Source: Mytilus edulis (taxonomy: Eukaryota). From it: 64,000 nucleotides of DNA. Under the pieces are notes generated by a model. That model searched no databases. It saw nothing but the letters and a program-made list of their open reading frames with translations, and was not told where the DNA came from. Below, piece after piece: positions 13,901 through 27,949 of the stretch (its first letter is position 1; every line of letters begins with the position of its first letter). The stretch lies in assembly GCF_963676685.1 (NCBI RefSeq), contig NC_092347.1, positions 98,890,001 through 98,954,000 of the forward strand. The letters run 5' to 3'. A program made the position numbers and the translations under genes.

Positions 13901-14790
13901 TTACCTGGCGAAACTGGTTTGTTCAATTTATTTAAAAGTGTAACAGTATCTATCGATATCCAATAAAAACAAATTGTTTATACAAGATGTGTTTTTATCA
14001 ATTAGAAAGGTGTTTGACCGTGAACTTAAAATTGAGCTAATTAAACCCTTTTAAAATACAATAAATGCAGTGTAAGGCAAGATGATGTAAGACCGAACAC
14101 ACATTAAAAACATACAACAAAAATCAAAAACCCTGTAGACGAACCTCGAGTAACTCGACTATATTGACAAATAAGACATATTATGTGAAATATACCGAAA
14201 ATACAGACTTCAAGCCTCATACGAAATAAACAGACAACAACTCAGCAAAGAATAACTTACAGGACCCACATGTATAATGAAGTAGCAACAACATACTAGA
14301 AAACGGGATATATTAATACCAAACTACGTCATGTCCAACAGCGAACATGTAGTTAGTTTAAAAGAACGCTTGGAATTAATTCATGTTGATAAGCAATTCA
14401 AGATCATAAGTACTCGTAATCAATTGCTCTAGACACAAGTGTGATATTTTATAATCACACCAACAGAAACAAAGAAATTAAGTTTCATAAAAAAGGGACG
14501 AAAGATACCAGAGGGACAGTCAAACATAATGGCTGATATTGTCAAGTAGTTAAACCTTCAAATCAAAAGTTTAATTTCAAAACGTTGACTTCATACAGAA
14601 TGAAGCTAATGAAATAACATTATTCGGAAGACATGAAGTTGATTCCACTTCCTTTCTTTAGCAATTATGTTCGAATAATAACCGAAGATTTATGATAGAC
14701 AAATTCAACACAAATTCAAAGCATGGTTATATTTTATGTCAGAAATATAAGAAAGAATATCTTTATCCATTTTTTTGTAGAAATCAGCGT

Positions 14791-16664
14791 TTAATATCCT
14801 GAAAAATAAAAAAAAGATAAATAATATAGTTTAAGACAACATAGGCTTTATTCTTATCATTTTGTGTTGTATTGGCGTTTATGTGTTTATGACAATTTAT
14901 AAATTCAGTGAAATCAACAAAATTCATTATATAAATAGCAGATAATCATTTCGGAGATCTTAAAATATAAGATCTGAATGTTATTGTATCTCTTCTTTAT
15001 TTAATAAATGACATGAAAGTAATTTACGACAAACGAACCGAGGAACATTTTTAAGAAGAAGCCATTATTACAAAAAGGGGAGGTTTCTTGTTTTGGTCTT
15101 TTTTTATGAAGCCCAACAAATATATATCTTTTATTCAAGTATTGATCAAATACCTATGACATGAAGTATAAGCCTACATAATGGTTTGCTCACCACGGGA
15201 GATTTCAATACTGTTAATTTAATACTGAAAATCATTTTAACGATCTGCATGTTCAGATTAGAGTATCAAATGTTATCACATCTATGTAAGTCTTATTTGG
15301 GTAAGTGCATAAATACACGGTCGGCTGATTGTAGTTTCTTCCTCTAATCAGATATTTCGGTATAATCCCTATTCTATTTTTTTCATCCCGAACATATAAT
15401 TTTGTTTTTACTGCAGTTCAGCGTTTCCTTTCATAGATGATGTGCTTTCCTCTATTATATTTTGTACCCGGATTTTTTTACCTCTCAATTTATGACGATT
15501 GAACAGAGATATACTGTACTACTGTTGCCTTTTAAGATAGGTGTTAGGATCTTACATAAATTTTTGTTTGAAAATATTGATTGATATGCTAAACTTGTTC
15601 CTACGTAGATATAACTGATAAACAAATGACAATTACAATAGCTTCTTCTTTCGATGTTTTGATTCGAACTGTGTTTACAAACATCTTAAAGTTCTGTGTT
15701 GTTTGTATTCTTTCTTCTTCGTGTTATTTCATGCGAGTGGTAAGGTTTTTTTAAGGAAGAAGTATACTATGGATTTCTGATAACAACTTTGCATATGTAT
15801 TCTGTAATTTTACTATGAATAAGGCATGCTGTCAATTGTATATAGCAATGTATGCAGAAGTAAGGTAATGGTATGTTAATATCACAACGGTAAATGAACA
15901 CATATATGTAAATCATTAGTTGACCAAAACAAATCCAGTTAAGAAATAAAAGTTTTAAAATTATTTGAGGCAAACATTATCTTACCTTTGCCCTTTCCAT
16001 ATGCATAACTATTCAAACCACCATATCCACCTAGTTTACCACCTAATCCACCTCCGATTCCTCCTAATCCACCTCCGATACCACCAAGTCCACCTCCGAC
16101 ACCTCCAAATCCACCTCCGATACCACCAAATCCACCTCCGATACCACCAATTCCACCTCTGATACCACCGATTCCAACACCGTAACCACCATATCCTTTA
16201 ACGGGTACTTTTACAACAATAGCTTTTTTGTATCCTTTACCGTATCCGCCATATCCACCCCCGAGTCCACCTCCGAATCCGCCACCAAGTCCAACTAATC
16301 CTCCTCCGTATCCACCCCCGATTCCATATCCTCCGTATCCACCACCGATTCCGTATCCTCCGTATCCACCTCCGATTCCGTATCCACCACCGTATCCACC
16401 ATATCCTCCTCCATATCCACCTTTACCGTATCCACCATATCCTCCTCCATATCCACCTTTACCGTATCCACCAACTCCAATACCCCACAATCCCCCTCCT
16501 AATCCTCCTCCTAATCCACCTCCTAATCCACCTCCTAATCCTCCTCCTAATCCTCCTAATCCTCTTAATCCTCCACCGTATCCTCCGTATCCGCCATATC
16601 CTCCTTTATAGGATGCGCTGACTGCGCTAACGATAACCAGGAGTATACCAGCTAAGATCTGCAT
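14791..16664 (-). CDS. Secreted glycine/tyrosine-rich structural protein, paralog 2, 228 aa; coding exons 16664-15986 and 14798-14791
   Basis: Signal peptide MQILAGILLVIVSAVSA; GGLG, GGYGI and GGIGG blocks; KKAIVVKVPVKG motif. Donor AAAG|gtaag at 15985; last exon ttttcag|GA TAT TAA. Confidence 0.88.
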
Positions 16665-18207
16665 TCTAAATAAATAATACTTATCTATATGAAACCCTGT
16701 TTAGATATTAACAATATAAAGGTACCTTACAGTTAAAGCTGTAGCGGTAAGAACATTGTTAACAGCTTTAGTATAATGAATCTATATTCAAGTGTTAAAA
16801 AAAGATCTGCATTCTGCAATAGCCCAGATATCTATAAATTAATGATATTTATAAAGAGAATTTTAAAGAATTTCGAAACTCATATAAATGAAGTAAAATT
16901 TGATTAAAATTAAATGTTTATAATGTATATGCAAATATAGGCACCACTAGCATGCCGCTGTTCAAAGGTCATCAATCGATTAAGAGAACAAAAAAAAAAT
17001 CCGAGTTACAAACTAAAACTTGGGGAAACACATCAAATATAAGGGGAAAACAACGAAACAACAGAAACACTGAAGTGCAAAAAAAACAAACAAAGGACAA
17101 TGCAATATACTTAGAAACAAAATATAAGATAACAACTGCAATATTCCTGACTTGGCACAGGACAAATCCGATGATCTTTACCAAAAAAAACATTAAAAGT
17201 AAAATTGATCGCTAATATTATGCACTTATGTTTAAAAAAAAAAAGACCACAGAGGATTAATGATATCACAGTTATTGTTCAATACGACACGCATACAATC
17301 CTCTTTCTAATTTTTGTAAATTAAATTGTAAAAATTCAACTTAATATATAGACCCCAGATAATTTTACCAATCTTAAATATTTACATAACATGTTTATGT
17401 TCTCAATTTTATTTTATAAATGATTTTTATCAGACTTCGTCGGATACTCCCAGGGTCGGTAAAAATGTCAACAGATATGTTTTGTTTGTTGAAATTATTT
17501 CAAGTCACAAAGACATTTTCAAACGATAAATATGAATGACGTTATGTCATTCAATTCAATCACGGTTGAGAGGGTTTTTTTTATTGAAGTTTGCCTACAA
17601 CTTTTTAAAATTTTATTTAGAAATGATTAGACAATTTTTGTCACTTGTATTATTTCAAACTTCATACATTAACCATGTTAACTAAACTTGTTCTCTAAAA
17701 AAATATCACTTCTTGCAAATACCTTTATTTTAATTGTTCAATCAATTTCATCTCACTTTTGATAATGAAATCATAAGAATGTTAGATATTAACATGGTAG
17801 ATTTTTTAAACTATTGATAATACACTTTCCGTTGCCATTTCTAGGACTTATCAAAATCGTTAAAAAAATTCGTTACATCAGTTTTCATCTAGAGATAAGA
17901 AAAGACACGTTCAACTTTAAATAATTTTGAAAAACACTGCCAGTTCATTTTCTTTGTCGACAAAGCGGGCTTTAGCCCAGCTACATGCCTGCATTCGAAG
18001 AAGTAGTTTAAAAGAGGGACGAAAGATACCAGAGGGACAGTCAAACTAATAAATCGAAAATAAACTGACAAAGAATGGCAATCTTAAAAGAGAAGATTAG
18101 AATGGTATATAGTCTTGATTTCATTAACGATTAATAGGTTCTTTGACTACTAATGTTTACTAATTTTTTGGTATTTCAAAAGATGTGCAGTATTTACTTC
18201 TACGAGA

Positions 18208-18297
18208 CAGAATATCAATTTAACTTCATCAGAATATCAATTTAACTTCATCAGAATATCAATTTAACTTCATCAGAATATCAATTTAACTTCATCA
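18208..18297. repeat. Minisatellite, 4 x 22 bp
   Basis: CAGAATATCAATTTAACTTCAT repeated, in intron 1 of paralog 2. Confidence 0.92.
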
Positions 18298-18502
18298 ATG
18301 GATGCTTTCCCTTCATAATTGATTTTGCATCTTATCGAAATACTTTTTGTTTAAAATTTGCAACACTATTATCTGGTCAACTGTCTATAACTAGAAACGT
18401 AAAATGTTCTCAATCTAAAACAATCGACAAAAAGTTAAAAACTTAGATGGAAAAGTTACACAGAATAGAAGTTAATCTAACAGTGACCATATAATGACTT
18501 AC

Positions 18503-18620
18503 CTGATTTGATACGGTGGTTCAGTTATGTGCTGAATGTACTTGCTATTGGTTCTAGACGTCTTATATATATTGCTCATTTCATAATACAATTTGATGTA
18601 TTATACATTTTACCACAAAT
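18503..18620 (-). promoter_or_regulatory. Core promoter and non-coding exon 1 of paralog 2
   Basis: Reverse-strand TTGTGGTAA block, TATATAA 18569-18563, TACATTCAGC, donor cag|gtaagt at 18502. Confidence 0.8.
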
Positions 18621-18917
18621 TAATCAACATTAATTATGCATTTTTCTGCTGAAAATTATTTAATACGTCCGCTTTATCAAATTATAGGTTTTAATGTAAA
18701 AAATAATAATTCTACATTTTTTATGTGTTTTTCTAATCACAGATTGGCTAATGTTGCACTTTTTTAATTGTTTTTGTTAGCAAAAATAAAAGACGTTTAC
18801 ATCAACATACGATTTTTAATATCCACTTCATATGAATTTCTAAATCATACACAATTGTTAAAAAGTGGACCTATAAATTAACCATAATATTAATTCCCCA
18901 AAAAAGAAAGTGCCTAA

Positions 18918-19580
18918 GGTAGCACTCCACAGTTAGGTGTGTAGTTTCGCATTTTGGCCCCTGTGGATTTTTCAAATATAAGAGCTAGTGTGCAATAAAA
19001 TTCATTTTTGGATAGCTGAGTATTAAAATAGCCTTTGCATTGGGTTTATATGAACATCAAGATTTTGTAATGTATGTAATATAGGCTGTTTTCTGTATGA
19101 CAGTCCGTATTTGCATGTCCCTACCATACATTTGTCCGGCAATTATTGCAATGTTTTTTTCCAACTTTTTATCGCACGAACTTTGTGATTGGATTTTACG
19201 AAAAAATGAGGCGAAAGACACCCATTTTTTATTTGATCATTAGGAAGATTTATGAAAACAGTTTCTAAAAAGGTATCCCTCAAAGGCATTGAAATTCTAG
19301 TTTGATCAAAATTTTGGGGGGATATGTGACATGTCAACCCCCCTTTTTGCAATATTTTATGGTAAATAAATGCAGAATGTTGCCATGGATACACATAAAA
19401 GGAATTAATTTTCACTCTTTTAACTTTTGAAAATCAAATCTATGGAATATACTGATTACATACATATGCACATGTACAACACAAACAGTTAGGTTAATGT
19501 ATTAGAAATCCAGGAATAGGAGATGATAAAACATTTTGTGGCTCATTTTTAATTTTATTTTCTAACTGTGGAGTGCTACC
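18918..19580. mobile_element. Non-autonomous TIR element (Kolobok-like) upstream of paralog 2
   Basis: TIRs GGTAGCACTCCACAGTTAG ... CTAACTGTGGAGTGCTACC, flanked by TTAA-like CTAA and TAAA. Confidence 0.8.
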
Positions 19581-20559
19581 TAAACAATGAGTACGAGTAA
19601 GTAAAACAACTTCCGAAGGGTTTTATGACTCGAAATAAGCATGTGAAATGTATGGCAGGATCAAACATATCTTTGACGTCCGACCCCTGCCACTAATAAT
19701 ATTAGGTAGTAATCCATGTAAGAATTATTCCAATTCCAATTTTGTGATACAATTTACGTAAAGCTAAAAGTGTTTGATTTTGTTTGATTTAGTCCAATAT
19801 TCGTTTATATGAAAGGTATGCTCAATACTGCCTTACCAGAGAAATTTATTGAAATATATTTCATAAATGTTATATAAGTTATTATTGGAGTTATCTTCCT
19901 CAAAATTAGTTCAATAATGCATTGATTGGCATTGATTCATAACCGGATAAAGGTCAATGAAAAAAGGGTAAACATTTGTTTATGGAAGAACAATTTAAAT
20001 GCAAAAATAAAGAAAAAAAACCGGGTATACTGCTAGAACGTCTATGAATTAACTTACGGAACAAAAAAGTCAAAAGCCGAACGTAGGAAACCCGGTAAAT
20101 TGTGTAGAGGTATGGCGCTATAAATTGATGATAGCATAGATGAAAAAACAAATACATTGAAATGCAGACAATATTTGTAAACGACAATAGAAATTCAAAT
20201 TTTGTGAATTTTACGTTAAGCTACATGTATACGTTTTTTATGTTTTTTTTATTTAAGTTGCAATATGGGTGTATATGAAAGGAATGAACAATAATTTCTA
20301 TTTGCTGCTTTAACAGGGAAAACAACGGAATATATTTCTGAAAAGTTCTTTAAGTTATTATTGGAGGTATCTCCCTCAACAGTAGTTTAATAATGCACTC
20401 AATAGAATTAATATATAACCCGGTAAGCGTCACTGTAAAACGGATAAACAAGAATTTTAAAAGTGTAATTTTATATCTCTCCAAAAAAAATTATATTTTA
20501 TAGATTTTTGCTAGAATGTTTTTATTCAATGGTATTTCAGCAGTAGAATAACAAAATGC

Positions 20560-20945
20560 TTAAACCCCTGTAAACTTATAAATTATATGTATGTAAGCCA
20601 GACGCGCGTTTCGTCTACGAGGAACCGAACTCGTTAGTACCGCTCAAATAAAAAAATTAAAACCTTCTATAACAGTAAAAAGTCGAGGAGCATTATGAAA
20701 CTCCAATTACAAAGGATTTTTCAAATACAGCTAGCTAAACTCATACAGTATATGATTCTTGATGCAAAACTCCTGCGTATTTCGCATAACATCTTTGTTT
20801 TATAAACAGTAGACTTATAATCATGACCCTATCAATTTTAATTCTGGTCTGGATGATAATACGATCGGGTAAGGAACCTTCAACAACAATGGCATTGACC
20901 AAGTGGTTGTAATAAACTCATCATATATACACCGATTAAAATGTT
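20560..20945 (-). mobile_element. Degenerate retrozyme-like copy
   Basis: GCCAGACGCGCGTTTCGTCTAC at ~20598-20619 plus diverged body motifs of the family. Confidence 0.55.
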
Positions 20946-22484
20946 GTAGCTAAGAGGATGCTGTCCACTATTCACCTTTACTTTGAAATATACGAATACT
21001 ATGTACTAGAATTATAATTGACATATCGACTGAACTATGTCATAATAAAAAAAATATATTCGGATCTTCGGTCACTTTTTTCAATTCATATGAACGCCCA
21101 AAAATGATTTCAACTCAATAAAATTAAGAATGGGAATAAGGACTATGTCAAAGAAAAAACAACCCGACCAATTAGCAGAAACCAGCCGAAGGCCATTGGT
21201 GTATTCATGATCATCATTTATCAAGATTAAGTCGTTAGGTAATTGATCAAGTAACTTAAATCTTATCTCATCTCTACAAAATTCAACACATGTCCGACAT
21301 GTATACATCTTGTGAGAGGCTTCTTTATTACGTTGTTCCTTAAGCGGTTAAATGGATCATTAAATACGGAAGTCTTATTAGTGGGTTAAGGACAAACATT
21401 TACCTGATCCCTAAAATGAAACAACAAAATAAGAGAAAAAGACTGAACAAAAAACTAAAAGACAGGGCAATGTGTAACACATCAATCTCAGTGATGTATA
21501 CTTTACTCTATCAATATTTCCTTATTTCATTAACAACCAGAAGTCCAGAAGTGAGATTGGAGTAAACTGCAGTAAAATTGTTTCAAGTTACGAAAACGAC
21601 TGATCAGTTTTACGCTTTGAATTCTATATACGTAAACTACATGTAGGTGTACTGTTCCTTCAAAACAATTAATTTATTCAGTATAACATTAAGTTAAAAT
21701 GTTCAGGACGAATCTTCGAAAGTCATCGATATGGGTCATAACTCTTTTACATTTAAATGTCGTCCGACTTAAGAATATCGATAAGACTCATCAGTGATTT
21801 TCGTATTCTCTCTATCGGGTTACATTTGTTGATCAGGACTTCTACACTACCCTACTGCTGATCAAATGGATTCAAGACGTTAAAAATATTAACCTTTTAA
21901 ATATTTATCCATATGTTTGTGTATTTATAATAATAATTTTACAAGCATTTTATTTGGTAGTATGGTTGAACGTGTTAATAAATCATTACAGATGAGACAA
22001 GGAAGCTATTAAACCAAGAGTTCATACAAATAATTCAAAGAACACCAATAAATAAATTACAACAACTCTCAAACAAACCTTAAATATACTACACCAGGAT
22101 GATTTTATCAAATAATAAAGTAGGAGAATGCCACCAAAATTGTAAGGTTGAAGTCTCCTTCAATAAACTTTTTATGTTTTACAAACATTTGACTTTCAAT
22201 TTTCAAGTTAAGGCAAAACCAGATAAAAACCCAGGATGCAACAAATATTTAATTACCACATTTATAAAATGCTAAGTCATTTAATTTTTTGTCATAAAAG
22301 TTATTGGAAAGTTAAGATTTTTATTGATAATTTTTTGTTGTTGTAAAAAGTGCAACATTTGCCAATCTGTGGTTTAAAAACATTCATCAAAAATGCAAAA
22401 TGATTGCTTATTACATTAGAAAACAAGTGTTTGTTTTAAATAATTTTAAGCATAAAAAAAATTGCATAATTAATGTTGATTAAT

Positions 22485-22601
22485 TCGTGGTAATATGTAC
22501 AATGATACATCAAATTGTATTATGAAATTAGCAATATATAAGGCTTCTAGAACCAACAGTAAGTACATTCAGCAAAATACTGAGCCACCGTACAAAAACA
22601 G
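22485..22601 (+). promoter_or_regulatory. Core promoter and non-coding exon 1 of paralog 3
   Basis: GTGGTAA block, TATATAA 22535-22541, TACATTCAGC, donor cag|gtaagt at 22602. Confidence 0.8.
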
Positions 22602-23439
22602 GTAAGTTTCTATATTGTCAGTGTAAATTTAAGTTCTATTGTATTAACCATTCCATCTAGATTTTATATTTTTGTCGATTTTAAAGATGGAGTATACATT
22701 TGCCATTCAGAACATTTAAACATTTGTCACGAAGATAGCGTTGCAATTGAAAATCTAAAAAAAATATTTCCTTGTCGCCAAAAGATTGATAAATTGAAAA
22801 CATGCATTCTTCAGTCGTTAAAGATAATTTTTTATTGAAAGTAAATGTGGCACATCTTTTATTGATACCAAAAAGCAAATAAATTATAAGTAGTTTACGA
22901 ACCAATTATCCTTTCATTTTCAAAGATAATATACAATTTTAATCTTTCAAAAAGCAGTACTTCTTGGAATGTTTCTGGGCTAAATTCCATTTCTTTTGAC
23001 AAGGAACATGAAGTGGTAGAATTATTTATAGTTAAACATGTCATTTTATCTCTAGAATTAATCTGATGTAAAAATAATTTAAATGATTTTTTTGAGTTCT
23101 ACAAATAGTTTTTCATTATCGAAAATGAGATGAAATAGGGGGAAATTAAATAAAAAATTTCATATGGCTTTTTCACTTTATATTATCAGTATATACCTGA
23201 ATCACCATTATAATCTAAAAAAAAATTCTATCTGACAAATTATATTTGCTGATTTCTGATGCGGTACGAGATAGTAGAAAAACATATACATTGTGTATCA
23301 TTTAACTTAACTTTATACCTCCGACAAATGTTGTCACATGATATGATACAGATTACGTTTTTCTAAAATTCATTGCAACAGTGATTAAGTTAGATGTCTT
23401 ACATATAAGGGGTTTTATATAGTCTTTGTTACTGTGACT

Positions 23440-23795
23440 AACTGTTTACAAAACTATGAATTTTTCGAAAAACTAGAGATTTTTTTATCCCAAGAATAGA
23501 TTACCAGGCCGTATTTGGCATAATATTTTGGAATTTTGGGTCCTCAATGCTCTTCAACTTTTTGTTTGTTTGGCTTTATATATAAAATAAAGAAGATGTG
23601 GTATGAAAGCCAATGAGACAACCGTCCACAAGAAACCAAACTGACACAGAAATTAGCAAATATATGTCACCGTATGGCCTTTAACATTGAGCAAAGCCCA
23701 CTGTTTTCGAACTTAGCGTCACTGATGAGTCCTATGTAGACAAAACGCGCGTCTGGCGTACTAAATTATAATCCTGGTACCTTTGATAACTATTT
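23440..23795 (+). mobile_element. Retrozyme-like copy in intron 1 of paralog 3, with a nested repeat fragment
   Basis: Same family; hammerhead at ~23716-23759 with GAAA mutated to AAAA; a repeat-A fragment is inserted at ~23582-23700. Confidence 0.7.
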
Positions 23796-24182
23796 ACATC
23801 AATATCGTCACGAAAGGCTGACACAGGATGATTTCAATTGATTGTTATAACCAGGTACATGATTATTAGGTTTTCATATGTATATCAAAATCAAAATCAT
23901 TCTAAATCTAGACAGTATTCAGCAAAAGTGTTACTGCATAAATTTAGTATTATTAAGAAACGAAATTTCAATATATCAGTTTCTATTGTTTGACCAATTA
24001 CTGTAATTTCTGCCATCGTTTTGATCCTTATTTATCTAGCTATAGAGAAAACACAAACAATAAAAAACATTTATCATTTTTACCAATCCTGCCAATCATA
24101 GTCAAACTTAACTTCCGGCTTTTGTATTCGAGATTCTCTTATTAAGTACTCTGAAACTAAGAAATTTCTTCTCTATTGCAGA

Positions 24183-25717
24183 ATGCAGGTCTTATTCGGA
24201 ATTCTCCTGGTTATCTGTAGCGCAGTCAACGCATCCTATAAAGGAGGATATGGCGGTTACGGAGGTGGATACGGAGCAATTGGAGGATACGGAGGTGGAT
24301 TAGGAGGTGGATTAGGAGGTGGATTAGGAGGAGGATTAGGAGGAGGTTTAGGAGGAGGATTAGGTGGAGGATTAGGAGGGGGATTGTGGGGTATCGGAGT
24401 TGGTGGATACGGTAAAGGAGGATATGGAGGAGGATATGGTGGATACGGTGGAATCGGTGGTGGATACGGTGGATACGGAATCGGCGGTGGATACGGTGGA
24501 TATGGAATCGGTGGTGGATATGGTGGATATGGAATCAGAGGTGGATACGGAGGATACGGAATCGGTGGTGGTCTAGGCGGCGGATTCGGAGGTGGACTCG
24601 GGGGCGGATATGGCGGATACGGTAAAGGATACAAAAAAACTATTGTTGTAAAAGTACCCGTTAAAGGATATGGTGGTTACGGTGTTGGAATAGGTGGTAT
24701 CGGAGGTGGATTAGGTGGTATCGGAGGTGGATTTGGTGGTATCGGAGGTGGATTTGGTGGTGTCGGAGGTGGACTTAGTAGTATCGGAGGTGGATTAGGA
24801 GGAATCGGAGGTGGATTAGGTGGTAAACTAGGTGGATATGGTGGTTTGAATAGTTATGCATATGGAAAGGGCAAAGGTAAGATAATGTCTACTTCAAATT
24901 ATTATTAAACTATCATAATTTCACTGGATTTCTATTGCTCAACGAATAATGTTTATTCATATATGTGTTTGGTTACAGTTATCATATTGATATATCATTG
25001 TTTAACTTCTACATACATTGCTTTATATTGTAAAATTGATGACATGTCTTATTCAGAGTAAAATGTATCAATCTATAGTTTGATTTCCCCATTACTGCGG
25101 AATACATATGCACATTATTTTGTCAGAATTCCACAGTATGCGACTACCTATAACAAAATGTTACCATATAAAATAAAAGAAAGTTCCCATTAAAACATCG
25201 ATGAAATATGCTATTGCAATTATTATCTGTTTTCTAACTATATCTACTATATATAAAGTTTGAATAGATTCCATATTCTTAACAAATGTTAGTTATATCC
25301 CTACATACATCTGTACTAATTATGGTCTGGATAAACCAATATGATTATGAATTATATTAAAATATTAAAAGGGAGTAAACAAATATTAGAAGTATTTATA
25401 TAAATTGTTAGGCTACACAAAAAACTAAAATAAAAAAATATTGACCTGCACATTTTGCAATATTGGCAGAAGGCTTCTTCCTAAACACACGGCGTGAATT
25501 GCTTAAATTTCGTTCATCAAAAAGATAACATCGTTCAAATCTTATGTTTACACAGTTCCGAAATAAAAGTTTTGTCCTTTTTTGATACAATGAATCAGAT
25601 TGAATTCACGGACTCAACAAGTTGACATAAATACAAAAATGAGAGCAAAAATGATAACTTCGTAAAGCTAATTCTACACTGTAAATATATATCTGTTTGT
25701 TTTTTTCAGGATATTAA
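24183..25717 (+). CDS. Secreted glycine/tyrosine-rich structural protein, paralog 3, 233 aa; coding exons 24183-24876 and 25710-25717
   Basis: Acceptor ctattgcag|A-ATG; signal peptide MQVLFGILLVICSAVNA; donor AAAG|gtaag at 24877; last exon tttttcag|GA TAT TAA. Closest to paralog 2. Confidence 0.9.
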
Positions 25718-26057
25718 ACTCTGATTCCTACCCAAAGGCGGATAAAGACTTACATTCTTTTTTATATTTCTGATAAAAAATATAACCATGCATTGAATTT
25801 GTGTTGAATTTTTCTATCATAATTCTTCAGTCACCACACATGCTACATGGTTTGAAGAAAAACGAAGTGATCTGAATTGCCGTGGCAAAATAAATCAATT
25901 TCATGTCTAAATTTTTTCCAGATTATGTTATTTTTACCATTACCCTACCGATTGTCTTATGATAGTTTGCCATTGATGACAATAAGCTTAGAATATTAGG
26001 TATTATCAACAGCTAGCTTCCATTTTACTAGTAAAAATGATGCAAAGGATATTAACA

Positions 26058-26714
26058 TTGATTACCTTACATTCTTCTTATTGTTGAATTCGAAGCGATC
26101 AAAGTGTTGTTTTTAAATTTGTGGTTTCCATGTTGGCTTAGTAGCAACATATCACTGTAAAATAAATTGAAGGTCTTAATTGTGTATGGTGGTTACCGCA
26201 TCTTTAATTCTTAGTGGTAACTTAAGAAATAAAACTAAACACAGTGGTAATTTATTGCTCTTTATTTTACACCAGTTTGATTACCTTACATTCTTCTAAT
26301 TGTTGAATTCGAAGCGATCAAAGTGTTGTTTTTAAATTTGTGGTTTCCATGTTGGCTTAGTAGCAACATATCACTGTAAAATAAATTGAAGGTCTTAATT
26401 GTGTATGGCGGTTACCGCATCTTTAATTCTTAGTGGTAACTTAAGAAATAAAACTACACACAGTGGTAATTTATAGCTCTTTATTTTACACCAGTTTGAT
26501 TACCTTACATTCTTCTAATTGTTGAATTCGAAGCGATCAAAGTGTTGTTTTTAAATTTGTGGTTTCCATGTTGGCTTAGTAGCAACATATCACTGTAAAA
26601 TAAATTGAAGGTCTTAATTGTGTATGGTGGTTACCGCATCTTTAATTCTTAGTGGTAACTTAAGAAATAAAACTAAACACAGTGGTAATTTATTGCTCTT
26701 TATTTTACACCAGT
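26058..26714. repeat. Tandem repeat, 3 x 219 bp
   Basis: ATTACCTTACATTCTTCT at 26061, 26280 and 26499; units nearly identical. Confidence 0.92.
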
Positions 26715-27949
26715 AAAGCTTGTTCATTTGAATGCAATATTGTTTATGAGGCAACTTGTTAAGGCCTTGTAAAAAGAAATATGTTTCTATAATTTTTATG
26801 TACTTCTTTGACCATATTTACCCAAAAAAACTTTGTTTGTACGAAACTGTTTAATAAACTTGCAAATAAAAAAAAAAGGCTTAGAAAAGTGACATCTTTG
26901 AGTGTAGTACGCTTTATGAATATTTCTTATCAATTGAACACTAACAGGTTACCCGCCCATAATTGTTAAAAAACAAAATATTTCGGAATGTTCAAACAAA
27001 ACATCTGGAATATTTTTCCTGTGATGCTACTTATAATTCCTTTTTCTTGTCGAATGTTAAACAATAATATAAAGAAGCTGAAATTATCATGGAACTTCTC
27101 TAACAGCTTTATAGATTATCTCCTGTCAATGAATAAATCAAATGTTGGTGACTTATTACTTGAAGCCAACAAAAAAATATTTGATAATTATTTCAACGTT
27201 TCTACACCTCTCTGTTATGAGCACCAGTGTGTGAATCGAACAGACTCTAGTTCAACTGAGTTGACACGGCCTTGAGATTATAAATATAGATTTGCGTAAT
27301 TAAGAATGCGTAGAACTGAAAATAATATATAAAAAAGAAGATGTGGTATGATTGTCAATGAGACAACTGTCCACAAGAGACCAAAATGACACAGACATTA
27401 ACAACTATAGGTCACCGTACGGCCTTTAACAATGAACAAAGCCCATACCGCATATTCAGCTATAAAAGGCCCCGATCAAACAATGTAAAACAATTCAAAC
27501 GAAAAAACTAACGGCCTTATTTATATAAAAAAATGAACGAAAAACAAATATGTAACACATAAACAAACGACAACCACTGAATTACAGGCTCCTTACTTGG
27601 TTTGTTGATGCTCATATCGAATCATTCAATGGGGTTTATATTTAACAGCGTGATGTGTTTCATGTAAATTAGATACATTGGAGATTCAGATTTGAATTTA
27701 TTGTCATCAGTAAATGCATTTTCAATGAGATCAATTTTGTATGTTATTTTATCTTGTTTTAAAACATAAGCCAGCCTATTTATTCTATTCATTCTATTCT
27801 GTTATATCAATATTACGAGCGAAGATTATATGAAAAATAGATGTGCTTTATATTTAGCTCCTTTTTGTCTGTGCAATTTCAGGGAAAATAAATCGTAATA
27901 ATAAACCGCTGTATTACAGCTACTTGCAGCGGTTGGACGAGAAAGTAAT

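Noticed and set aside
16228-16611. Pro-rich extensin-like ORF (also 24257-24634) and His-rich or acidic ORFs (7722, 7947, 15965, 16295, 39343, 39475, 56170)
   Set aside because: Antisense or alternative-frame shadows of the GGA/GGT-rich Gly exons; no signal peptides, promoters or splice support.
18208-18297. CRISPR-like array (also considered for 58010-59495)
   Set aside because: Repeats are contiguous with no unique spacers, the context is eukaryotic and there are no cas genes.
26988-27275. 95-aa ORF with a hydrophobic N-terminus
   Set aside because: No recognisable domain or splice structure; expected by chance in AT-rich DNA.
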